From positions 1 through 61,982 of the forward strand of contig JAGWLG010000019.1 in the NCBI GenBank assembly GCA_028864975.1: a stretch of 61,982 bases of DNA, given 5' to 3'. Below, piece after piece: positions 9,272 through 17,885 of this stretch (position 1 is the first letter of the stretch; every line of letters begins with the position of its first letter). The translations under genes and the position numbers were made by a program. The stretch is from Thermoplasmata archaeon. Its GTDB lineage: Archaea > Thermoplasmatota > Thermoplasmata > Lutacidiplasmatales > UBA184. The notes below the pieces were generated by a model that did not search any database, was not told the DNA's origin, and was given only the letters and a program-made list of their open reading frames with translations.

Positions 9272-10669
9272 TCAAGACCTGCCCGCTCGCTCTCTCCTCC
9301 TCTGCTCCGCCATCAGGCGTTGCAGCCCCACAAGGTCCAGCCAGAAGCCCCCCTTCCTCTCCAGAAGGGCTTGGGCCGCCCTGGAGAGCTCGCCCCGGGA
9401 GACGATGAAGGGCCTCCACGCCTGGGGGGAAGGGATAGGCAGAAGCCGCGCCTTCGCCAGCAACCGTTGGACGAGGTCCTCCCCCAGGTCCCTGTCGCTC
9501 CACTTGACCTCACCCACCCAGACCTCGCTCGGTCCGGCCGAGACCACGTCGATCTCCTCGCCCCGGCGGTCCCACCAGCGCCCGATCTGGTCGAACCGGT
9601 GCACGTGCCCGTTCACCTCTCGGGCCTGGGCGAGGATCTGGAGGACGACGTCCTCGAAGACCCTCCCCACGTAACTCTCGAGCCCTTCTTCGATCAACTC
9701 CCAGAGGCGGTCCTCCCGACCTAGCTCGACCAGGTCGAACCGTTCCGAGACGAACCGGTAGTAGAACCGGAAGAACGGGTCCAAGAGCTGGTAGCGCCCC
9801 AGCCGCTTCTTGCCGAGAACGGGTTGCTCGTGCCGCACCAGGTCCACGTCTCGCGTCAGCGAAGCGAGGTACCAGCCCAGCCCCCCTTTCGGGACCCGAA
9901 GGCTCGTTTCGAGGTCTCCCAGCCCCTGGGGGTTCTGGGCGAGCCGTTGGAGGATGCCGTGATACCGAGCGGGCTCCCGGAACTCCTGCGTCAGGATCCT
10001 CTCCGGTTCCTCCACGAGCGCGCCCTGAGGGCGGAGCAGGGTCCGGCGTACCGCCTGCTCCAGCGTTCCGCCGACCGAGAGCGACTGGTAGTACGGAACT
10101 CCGCCGAAGACGGCGTAGCGGCGGATCCGGTCCTCCTCGGAAAGCCCCTCATGGAACTCTCTGGCGTGAGCGTAGGGGAGTGGCCGGAGATGCAGATGGT
10201 GCAGCACTCTTCCGAACAGGGGGGCCCTCCCTCGAACGAGGCGCTGCATCATCCCTATGCTGCTGCCGCAAAGGATGAGGTTCGGTCCATGCTCCTTCCA
10301 CCTGCGGTCCCATCGAAGCTGGATCTCGCTCTCGACCCCGACCCCGAGCTCCATCGCGTGCTGGAACTCGTCAAGGACGACCAGTCGAGGAACTCGGGTC
10401 TCGAGGTCGTCGAACAGGTCCGAGAAGGACCGGTACGGGCCCACGTTCTGTCGGAGTTGGGCCGAGAGCTGCGCCGCGAGGGTTTCGAGAGCGGTGGCCT
10501 GGTCGGTCTCGGGGACCACCAGGAGAAGGCCGGGTGTGCCCCTCAGCAGCTGGTGCAAGAGTTCGCTCTTGCCCACTCGGCGCCGACCCAGGATGCGGAC
10601 GAGCTGAGGGCGGTCCTTCGAGAGGTCCTCCTGGAGGGACCGGAGCTCGGCCTCCCTCCCAATGAACAT
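9272..10669 (-). CDS. ATPase-wHTH-PD-(D/E)XK (DUF234-like) protein, copy B
   Basis: MFIGREAEL, GRRRVGKS, LDEFQ, FGGVPYY, RWWDRRGEEIDVV..GEVKW. Start at ATG 10669. Confidence 0.9.
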   Translation of the reverse strand: MFIGREAELRSLQEDLSKDRPQLVRILGRRRVGKSELLHQLLRGTPGLLLVVPETDQATALETLAAQLSAQLRQNVGPYRSFSDLFDDLETRVPRLVVLDEFQHAMELGVGVESEIQLRWDRRWKEHGPNLILCGSSIGMMQRLVRGRAPLFGRVLHHLHLRPLPYAHAREFHEGLSEEDRIRRYAVFGGVPYYQSLSVGGTLEQAVRRTLLRPQGALVEEPERILTQEFREPARYHGILQRLAQNPQGLGDLETSLRVPKGGLGWYLASLTRDVDLVRHEQPVLGKKRLGRYQLLDPFFRFYYRFVSERFDLVELGREDRLWELIEEGLESYVGRVFEDVVLQILAQAREVNGHVHRFDQIGRWWDRRGEEIDVVSAGPSEVWVGEVKWSDRDLGEDLVQRLLAKARLLPIPSPQAWRPFIVSRGELSRAAQALLERKGGFWLDLVGLQRLMAEQRRRERAGRS

Positions 10670-10703
10670 ATGTAAACAACTCCAGTAGGATATTTTAGAA
10701 TAT

Positions 10704-10970
10704 CTAATATCCCCGCGGGGCCGTTCCAGGTTGCTCCTCCGGCGCTGACGGGGACGCCGGCCAAGGGAACGCCTCCCCGTAGCTCTCGAGGGCACGTCGC
10801 GGTCGACGAAGGTTCGACTCGAGGTACCTCATCGTCGTGGCCAGGTTCTCGTGGCGGAGGAACTCCTGCACCGTCTGGTAGACCCGTCGCGCGAGGCTGG
10901 GGGCTCTCGCGGAGCGTCTCCTCCAGGAACGGGGCCCCTGAGCGCCGGAACACGTGCGAGGTGAACTGCG
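10704..10970 (-). pseudogene. Frameshifted integrase C-terminal remnant
   Basis: VFRRSGA..LEETLRESP in one frame and VYQTVQEFLRHENLATTMRYLESN in another. Confidence 0.85.
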
Positions 10971-11065
10971 AGGGCCGCTCCCAGGAGACGACTGCCTCCC
11001 CTTCGACTCAGGCCGAGGGAAAGGACGAGAAGTGGAAGGTCTTCGCGACGGAGATCGCGGGCCTC

Positions 11066-11470
11066 TCACTGGAGGTTGCGGCGGGCCCACTCAAGGACCC
11101 TCGAGGCCTGGGCGACGGTCTTCGCGGCCTGCCCGGAGGTGAGCCGACGGGACTCGTACTCCACGATGTTCTTGAGCGTAAGAACCTCGTGTACCTGGAT
11201 CACCTTGACGCTCCAATCTGGGAGCTTGGCCTGGTCGAGGAGAAGGACGACCTCGTGATGGTCCTGCCCTCGCGACCGGCGTCCAAGGTGATAGACACAG
11301 AGCGCATCACAAGATGAGATCACACAGTGCACGGCGTTGAGCGCCGCCGAATCGTAGGCTCCCTCGCTGAGAGCCCGGTCCATCCATCGCCCGAACTCCT
11401 CGGCCTTCGCGAGGTGGGCCCGGAAGTTCTCGCGGGGCACGCTCGCCCAGCGAAGGGTCCCTCGGGTCAC
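11066..11470 (-). CDS. HEPN-domain protein (MNT-HEPN pair)
   Basis: YDSAALNAVHCVISSCDAL..GQDH..KNIVEY pattern; 4-nt GTGA overlap with the upstream MNT gene. Confidence 0.8.
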   Translation of the reverse strand: MTRGTLRWASVPRENFRAHLAKAEEFGRWMDRALSEGAYDSAALNAVHCVISSCDALCVYHLGRRSRGQDHHEVVLLLDQAKLPDWSVKVIQVHEVLTLKNIVEYESRRLTSGQAAKTVAQASRVLEWARRNLQ

Positions 11471-12060
11471 GCAGCCCTCCGGACCAGGACCCCGTCGCGC
11501 TCGATCTCGGACAGGAGCGCGGGGTTGGGGGGCCTTCGCAGCTGGGACGGGCCATAGACCAGGGAGGTGAGCGTGTTCCCGTACCTTCGGGCAACTTCCA
11601 ACGACAACCCACCGAGCCGGGAAGAGACCTCGTCCACGGCAGCGTCCGAGCGGGCCTCGACGTAGAAGTCGATGTCGCTGCCCTCCCGATCTTCCCCTCT
11701 CGCCACGGAACCGAAGAGGACCGCGCGGGTCACGAGACCCCAGGGGACCCTGCCTCCGAGGAACCGACAGAGCTCTTCACGCGAAGAGCTCTCCTCCTCG
11801 AAGAGCTTGCGGAGCCGAGAGGTCCACACATGCGAGGGTGAGAGGCTCCAGACCTGGGCGCGTCCGACCACCTTGGCGCGCACGATCCCGGTTTCCTCAA
11901 GGTCCCGAAGAGAACGGCTCAGGGCTGGTCCGGTCACGCCGGAGGCTCGAGAGAGCTCGCGCCCGGTGAACTCGCGCCTCGAGGATCGAAGGAGGACGCG
12001 CAGGAGTTTCACTTTGGACGGCGGGGAGAGAAGGGTGTCCAGACCCAGATGGAACCTCAT
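11467..12060 (-). CDS. HTH-fused minimal nucleotidyltransferase (MNT)
   Basis: N-terminal HTH (FTGRELSRASGV) and LFGSVARGEDREGSDIDFYV (GS-x10-DxD). Confidence 0.88.
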   Translation of the reverse strand: MRFHLGLDTLLSPPSKVKLLRVLLRSSRREFTGRELSRASGVTGPALSRSLRDLEETGIVRAKVVGRAQVWSLSPSHVWTSRLRKLFEEESSSREELCRFLGGRVPWGLVTRAVLFGSVARGEDREGSDIDFYVEARSDAAVDEVSSRLGGLSLEVARRYGNTLTSLVYGPSQLRRPPNPALLSEIERDGVLVRRAA

Positions 12061-12086
12061 GATACACAGACATTCCACATGACATA

Positions 12087-13142
12087 TTAATATTCACCTA
12101 ACGGCTCCGGGGTCGAGGGCCACGGCAACGCCTGGCCAAACTGGTCGAGAGCGCGTCGCTGACGACGGGGATTGGACGCCAAGTACCTCATCGTTGTGGC
12201 CAGGTTCTCGTGGCGGAGGAACTCCTGCACCGTTCGATAGACCCCGTCGCGCGAGGCTTGCGGGCTGTCGAGCAGGGCCTCCTCCAGAAGGGTCGCCCCC
12301 GACCTTCGGAACATGTGGGAGGAGAGGCGGACAGGTCGCCCGCGGTCAGCGACCCTCTCCTCGATGGCGTGCACCAGTTCGTCCAGAGTGGTGTCCGAGT
12401 AGGCCCGGAGCCCTTGCGCCACGTTGGACAGGAGAACGAGCGCCTCGGGGGGCACCGTGCTCCCGGGGTACCGCAGGAGCGATTCCTGGACCAACCGTTG
12501 ACGATAGGCAAGGTACCGCTCGTAGATCGCGGGGAAGGCGGGGTGGAGAGGCGACCATGCGAGCTTGGGCGTGGCACGGCCCTTTCCCCGGATGAGGAGG
12601 CGTCCTTGGGCAAGGTCCACGTCCTCCAGGCGGAGCCGCTTCCACTCGACCCGTCGCATCCCCTGTCCAAGCCCGAGGATGCCGACGAACGAGAGCAGGG
12701 GGTCGTCCCGGACCGCCTCGAGGACGGCTCGTGCCTCGTCCTGGGTCCGCCATCGGACGTTCCGGGGGGCAGGGGGCGGCGGGTTTCCGACCTCCAGAAA
12801 GACCCGGCTCCCCGCGAACTGGGCGAAGTTCCCGAGGATCTGCAGGCTCCAGTTGCTGTTGCCACAGAACCGCTTGATCCGCTCGGCATCTTCCAGGGTC
12901 CAACCTGCAGGATCGAGAGGACGAGCTTCGGCTCGAAGGAAGAGCAGGACCCGGACCACCACCTGTCGGCACTCACGGACCGCGGAGGGAACACAACCCT
13001 TCCGCCGCTTGCGCTCCAGCCATCGGTGGAGAACCTCAGGGGGAGGACCAGGAGGCGGGACCTTGCCCGGACCCGCGAGGGCGACCGCCGAGGACGGCTT
13101 CGGGGGTGGCGTTACGGTCGTGAGTGGGGCTGGGTCGGACAC
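12087..13142 (-). CDS. Tyrosine recombinase/integrase (array copy 3)
   Basis: GMRRVEW, RGKG, SHMFRR, FLRHENLATTMRYL; GTG start. Confidence 0.92.
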   Translation of the reverse strand: MSDPAPLTTVTPPPKPSSAVALAGPGKVPPPGPPPEVLHRWLERKRRKGCVPSAVRECRQVVVRVLLFLRAEARPLDPAGWTLEDAERIKRFCGNSNWSLQILGNFAQFAGSRVFLEVGNPPPPAPRNVRWRTQDEARAVLEAVRDDPLLSFVGILGLGQGMRRVEWKRLRLEDVDLAQGRLLIRGKGRATPKLAWSPLHPAFPAIYERYLAYRQRLVQESLLRYPGSTVPPEALVLLSNVAQGLRAYSDTTLDELVHAIEERVADRGRPVRLSSHMFRRSGATLLEEALLDSPQASRDGVYRTVQEFLRHENLATTMRYLASNPRRQRRALDQFGQALPWPSTPEPLGEY

Positions 13143-13168
13143 GCCCCCACAAGGTACGCCCTCAGGCT

Positions 13169-13204
13169 ATGAAGGTCGACACGAAGCGCCGTACTCGACG
13201 GTGC
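13169..13204. repeat. Conserved motif, copy 3
   Basis: ATGAAG-N19-CTCGACGGTGC, 26 nt from the integrase 3 start codon. Confidence 0.85.
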
Positions 13205-13336
13205 TCCTCCTCCGTGAGGGAGGGGCGGAGCGGGTCTTGGACCACCGCGACGTTCGCCGCGACCCGCAATCACGTTCGCCGACACCGCCAAGTGGGCGCC
13301 CGAGGCCCCGTGGGTCGCTCTTCTCCCCCTTCCCTC

Positions 13337-14317
13337 TCAGGGCGGAGCCGGCCAGGGGAACACCCTGGCGTACTGATCGAAGGCCTTCCTCTGCCTCCGG
13401 GGGCTCGACTCGAGGTACTTCATCGTCGTCGCCAGGTTCTCGTGCCGAAGGAACTCCTGGACCGTCCGGTACACGCCGTCGCGGGACGCCTGGGGACTGT
13501 TGAGCAGCGTTTCCTCCAGCAGGGTCGCCCCCGAGCGGCGGAACATGTGCGTCGAAAGGTGGACCTCCCGTCCGCCCTCCCGTACCTTCCGCTCGATCGA
13601 GCGGACCAAACGGTCGATCCCCGCGTTGGTGTAAGCGTGCAGCCCGTGCGCGAGCTTGGAAGGCATCAGCAGGGCCTCCGGGGGGACGTTCGAGCCCGGG
13701 AAGCGGAGCTGGGCGTCCCGGATGACCTGGTCTCGGTAGGCGAGGAACCGGGAGAAGACCGAAGGGAACGCGGGATGGAGCGGAGCGAAGGCGAGCTTCG
13801 GCGTCGCCCGCCCCTTCCCTCGGATCAGCAGGCGCCGGTGGACCAGGTCGACGTCCTCGACCCTGAGGCGTTTCCACTCCACCCGTCGCATCCCCTGTCC
13901 AAGGCCCAGGAGGGCCACGAAGGAGAGCAACGGGTCGTCCCGGGTCGCCTCCAGGATCGCCGCGACCTCTTCCCGGGAGAGCCAGCGCACGTGGCGGCGT
14001 GGGGGGACCGGAGGGATCCCCACCTCCTCGAACACGCGGCTCCCCGCGAACCGGGTGAAGTCGGCGATGATCGAGAGGGACCAAGGATCCTGATGACGGA
14101 TCTCCCGGATGCGGAGAGCATCCTCCACGGTCCACCGGGTCGGGTCCGCGACCCTTCCCTCCCCCCTCAGCGCGATCAGGACCCGGTCGACCTCCCGCTC
14201 GTACCGTCGGAGGGTCGTCGGGACGCATGCTTTCCTCTGCTTGGACTCGAGCCATCGTCGGAGCAGGGAGAGCTCCGGGGGTAGCGCTGGGACCGAGAGT
14301 GGGGGTGGATCGGACAT
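13337..14317 (-). CDS. Tyrosine recombinase/integrase (array copy 4)
   Basis: GMRRVEW, RGKG, THMFRR, FLRHENLATTMKYL. Confidence 0.92.
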   Translation of the reverse strand: MSDPPPLSVPALPPELSLLRRWLESKQRKACVPTTLRRYEREVDRVLIALRGEGRVADPTRWTVEDALRIREIRHQDPWSLSIIADFTRFAGSRVFEEVGIPPVPPRRHVRWLSREEVAAILEATRDDPLLSFVALLGLGQGMRRVEWKRLRVEDVDLVHRRLLIRGKGRATPKLAFAPLHPAFPSVFSRFLAYRDQVIRDAQLRFPGSNVPPEALLMPSKLAHGLHAYTNAGIDRLVRSIERKVREGGREVHLSTHMFRRSGATLLEETLLNSPQASRDGVYRTVQEFLRHENLATTMKYLESSPRRQRKAFDQYARVFPWPAPP

Positions 14318-14343
14318 GCCCCCGCATGGAACGCTGACGGGCC

Positions 14344-14379
14344 ATCAAGGTCGTCGCGGCCCGAAGTACTCGACGGTGC
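14344..14379. repeat. Conserved motif, copy 4
   Basis: ATCAAG-N19-CTCGACGGTGC, 26 nt from the integrase 4 start codon. Confidence 0.85.
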
Positions 14380-14479
14380 CTCTCGGCTTCGGATACTCGG
14401 GAAGCGCTGCGGCCTCTTCCTCCCGGCCCCCGTCCGGCTCATCGGCTGGAGAGGTCCAAGACAGGTGGAACGGTCCTGG

Positions 14480-15850
14480 TCAGGCGGGCGCCCCCGGTGG
14501 GAACCGCCGACCGAGCTCCCGGGATATCCTCTGAGGGTCGAACAGGACGACCTCCGCCGCGCCCCGAAAGTTGAACCCGCTCTTGGAGAAGAGGACGAAC
14601 CGGAGCGGCTTGCGATGGGGCAAGGCCTCCGAGGTCTCCTGGAGGCGGCCGAGGTCCCGAGGGCCCATCGGCGCCCTTGACCACTTGCACTCACCCACGT
14701 ACAGCGCCTCCTCCGTCTCGACCACCAGGTCGACCTCGCGAGGCTCCACCTTCCCAGAGGGGAGGCGGACCCTCCCCCACCATCTCCCTGACGACACCAC
14801 CCCGGAGGCCCGGAGGTGGTCCAGGAGGAACTCCCTGCAGAACTGCTCGAAGCGCCGGCTCACGAACTCCTCCACCAGCTCCGCGCGGGGAGGTTCGACC
14901 CGACCGTAGACATGGGCGAACCAGAAGGCGAGAAGGTTGTCGTGGATCGCGTACAACCCCTTCTTGCTTCGTGCGGGACGCTCGCCGAACGGCACGTGCC
15001 GGTCGACCAGCTTGAAGTCGTGCCGGAGCGCGATCAGGTACTTCGAGAGCGTCGTCTGGGCGACGCCCAGGCGACCCGCGAGCTCGCTCGGGGCCACCAA
15101 CCCACCGCTGATCGCCTCCAAGATCGCGAAGTACTTGTGGTAGGCCGCCCCGAACTCCTGACGAAGCACGTTCTGCCCCTCCTCTCTGAGGGGCGCAGCG
15201 ACATCGAAGAAGAGCTCACGGACGATGTCCTGTCGAGGGAGGCGCTCCAACAGCTCGTAGTAGTACGGTATACCGCCGAGGAGGCAGGCGTGGCGGATCC
15301 GGGCGTCGGGGTCGGCGATCCCCAGGTCGCGCTGGATCTCCCAGACGACCGACAGGGGCAAGGGCTCGACGACCAGAGCGGCCTGGGCCCTGCCGAAGAG
15401 GGGCGCCTTCTGCCTCGTGAAGATGCGGTCCATCATCCGGACGTAGGACCCGGAGAGCAGGACGATCTTGTTCGAGGACTCCCGGTGCCTCTCCCACGCC
15501 CGCTGGAACTCGTAGGGGAGCGACGCGTGGACCTCCAAGAGGTTCGGGAACTCGTCGACGAAGAGGAAGCGCGATCGGCTTTTCGTAAAGAAGTGGTCCA
15601 GCGCCTCCCGAAGGTGCTGGAACGATGGAGCGGGTACCTCGTGCAGCGCCTCCGCGAAGTCTTGGGCGACCTGGCGTTCCTCGTTGGGGACCACCAGCAC
15701 GCTGACGGCGTCCCGTCCCTGGAGGAACTGACCCACGAGACGGCTCTTCCCCACGCGCCGGCGCCCGGTGAGGACCACGAGGGACGCCCCATGGTGGGAA
15801 GCGATGCGTTCAAGGGCCTCCAGCTCCTTCTCACGGTCGTAGAATCGCAT
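14480..15850 (-). CDS. ATPase-wHTH-PD-(D/E)XK (DUF234-like) protein, copy C
   Basis: MRFYDREKEL, GRRRVGKS, VDEFP, LGGIPYY, RWWG..EVDLV..GECKW. Confidence 0.9.
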   Translation of the reverse strand: MRFYDREKELEALERIASHHGASLVVLTGRRRVGKSRLVGQFLQGRDAVSVLVVPNEERQVAQDFAEALHEVPAPSFQHLREALDHFFTKSRSRFLFVDEFPNLLEVHASLPYEFQRAWERHRESSNKIVLLSGSYVRMMDRIFTRQKAPLFGRAQAALVVEPLPLSVVWEIQRDLGIADPDARIRHACLLGGIPYYYELLERLPRQDIVRELFFDVAAPLREEGQNVLRQEFGAAYHKYFAILEAISGGLVAPSELAGRLGVAQTTLSKYLIALRHDFKLVDRHVPFGERPARSKKGLYAIHDNLLAFWFAHVYGRVEPPRAELVEEFVSRRFEQFCREFLLDHLRASGVVSSGRWWGRVRLPSGKVEPREVDLVVETEEALYVGECKWSRAPMGPRDLGRLQETSEALPHRKPLRFVLFSKSGFNFRGAAEVVLFDPQRISRELGRRFPPGAPA

Positions 15851-15921
15851 ATTATCCATTTATTGGATAATCCTTGTACTGGATAACTCTTGTGGAGAGC
15901 CCCAAGGGGAGGGCCGGGCGC

Positions 15922-16095
15922 TCACGTGGTGGTGACCCACGGGAAGGCCTTCCCGTGCTGCTCTAGGGCCTTCTTCTGCCGCCGGGGGCTGGCCTCGAGG
16001 TGCTTCAGCGTCGTGGCCAGGCTCTCGTGGCGGAGGAACTCCTGGACCGTGCGGTAGACCTCGTCGCGCAAGGAGCTGGGGCTCTCCAGGAGGGC
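15922..16095 (-). pseudogene. Integrase C-terminal remnant (catalytic Tyr replaced by His)
   Basis: Manual translation: ALLESPSSLRDEVYRTVQEFLRHESLATTLKHLEASPRRQKKALEQHGKAFPW. Confidence 0.8.
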
Positions 16096-16096
16096 T

Positions 16097-16275
16097 CTGG
16101 TCAGGCCGAGGCCCTCGGTGGGAACCGCCGACCGAGCTCCTGGGAGATCCTCTGAGAGTCGAACAGGAGGACCCCCGGCGCGCCCCGAAAGTCGAACCCG
16201 CTCTTGGAGAAGAGGACGAACCGGGGCGGCTTGCGATGGGGCAAGGCCTCCGGGATCTTCTGGAGGCGGCGGAGG
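16097..16275 (-). pseudogene. Duplicated 3' end of ATPase copy C
   Basis: Close DNA match to about 14476-14655 (ctggtcaggc...gtgggaaccgccgaccgagctcc...gcttgcgatggggcaaggcctccg). Confidence 0.85.
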
Positions 16276-16355
16276 GAGGATGGACTTGTGTACCTAGGAC
16301 ACGGGCCCGTACAGACGGGTCCACGGGCCCCCGCTCGGTGAGCGGGTCTGCGCTA

Positions 16356-17489
16356 TCACCTTGGCGACGACAGGCGGCGTCGTAGCTCGTGGAAGTAGGC
16401 GATGACGGGGGCCTTCCGGAGCTCATAGCGGGCGGGACCGACCTTGGCGATGACGCTGAGCCGCACGAGACGCCCCACGTAGGCGTAGTTCACCCCAAGC
16501 TCCAGGATGTCCTTCGTCCGGAAGGTGGTCTTCCCCGAACGTGCCAGACGAACGAAGGCGGCCACGTCCCCGTCGGAGGCATTTTGGAGCTCGCGCTCGA
16601 ACCACGCGGCCCCCACAGAGAGCGCGTTCGGGACGGCAGCGTCCACGTCGGGCGCACGCAACGCCCTTCCCTCCTGCCAAGCGGCGTAGGCGAGGCATTT
16701 CACCAGGTACGGATACCCATGCGAGAGCTCGTGGATCCGCTGGATGGACTCCGCGGTCCACGGGTCCGCGCCCCGCCTCCCCTTGAGAGGGGTCTCGAGG
16801 GCTTCCCGCGTCTCCCCCGCCGAGAAGGACTCCATGTCGAAGACCGCCCCCGAAAAGATCCGGGCCACCGGCGAATAGTCGTGGCTCGCCAGCCGATGCA
16901 GGAGCTCGGGTCCGGCGCCCACCGCCAGCAGGATGGGCACCGGGCTGTCCTCTTCCACGATGGACTTGAGCGTCCGTACGGCGTCGGGGCTCAGCCGTTC
17001 GGCATCGTCGATGGTCACCAGAAGGAGCGGCACCCCCGCGAGCGCGCTGAGGGTCTCCCGAAGGAGCGTCAGCGGATTGGTGGGGCTGCCGGCGGGCGCC
17101 TTCCCGACGCTCACCGAGGTACCCAGGACCGAGACCTGGACCCTGGTCAAACGGTCCCAGACCTTGTGCCAACGAGAACCTTCCAGCTTCTTCCTTCGCA
17201 CGAAGCTACGGGCCTCTTCCGCGACCGCCTCGAGCAACCGGTCCCCCGAGAGCGACTCCTGCAACGGCACCTCGACCACGATGGAGCCCGGCAGAGCTCC
17301 CTCGGAGAGGGATCGGATCTTCTTCAGGGCCGAGGTCTTTCCGCTTCCCCTGTGGCCGTGGACCAGGATGGCCGTACCTCGCCGATACCTGCTCGCGGCA
17401 TCGAGAGCCTCTCTCGTCCGCTGGATCAGGAGGGCGCGCCCAGCGAACTGGTCCGGAGGTGTCGGGTGCTGAGGATCGTAGGGGTTCAC
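16356..17489 (-). CDS. P-loop NTPase (AAA_16/STAND-like) with C-terminal wHTH
   Basis: NPY..P..FAGR, GHRGSGKT, TIDDAE, SHGYPYLV; no nuclease motif seen. Confidence 0.8.
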   Translation of the reverse strand: MNPYDPQHPTPPDQFAGRALLIQRTREALDAASRYRRGTAILVHGHRGSGKTSALKKIRSLSEGALPGSIVVEVPLQESLSGDRLLEAVAEEARSFVRRKKLEGSRWHKVWDRLTRVQVSVLGTSVSVGKAPAGSPTNPLTLLRETLSALAGVPLLLVTIDDAERLSPDAVRTLKSIVEEDSPVPILLAVGAGPELLHRLASHDYSPVARIFSGAVFDMESFSAGETREALETPLKGRRGADPWTAESIQRIHELSHGYPYLVKCLAYAAWQEGRALRAPDVDAAVPNALSVGAAWFERELQNASDGDVAAFVRLARSGKTTFRTKDILELGVNYAYVGRLVRLSVIAKVGPARYELRKAPVIAYFHELRRRLSSPR

Positions 17490-17579
17490 GGGTCCGGGAC
17501 GGTCAAGTCGTTATATAATCTTATATGACAATTTGACGCGAACGAAGAAAGATCGCCCTGCCCCCGCAGGTCCCAGAGC

Positions 17580-17684
17580 GGTCGTCGGGACGCACGCCTT
17601 CCTCTGCTTGGACTCGAGCCATCGTTGGAGCAGGGAGAGCTCCGGGGGTAGCGCTGGGACCGAGAGTAGGGGTGGGGCGGACAC
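17580..17684 (-). pseudogene. Integrase N-terminal remnant (copy-4-like)
   Basis: SVPALPPELSLLQRWLESKQRKACVPTT, truncated after about 35 codons. Confidence 0.85.
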
Positions 17685-17710
17685 GCCCCCGCAAGGTACG
17701 CGTGTCGGGT

Positions 17711-17746
17711 ATCAAGGTCGTCGCGGTGAGAGGTACTCGACGGTGC
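17711..17746. repeat. Conserved motif, copy 5
   Basis: ATCAAG-N19-CTCGACGGTGC, 26 nt from the remnant GTG start. Confidence 0.85.
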
Positions 17747-17885
17747 TCCCTCGGCCTTGCCCGGCGGCTCCCTGCTTCCTCTCGGCGTTCTTGTGCCGCC
17801 ATCCTGAACGCGAACTCCGCGGGCGGGTGCCCCGCACGGGCCCGACCCTTCCCCCTGCCGCCGGGGGATGGTCCGCGACGGTCGC

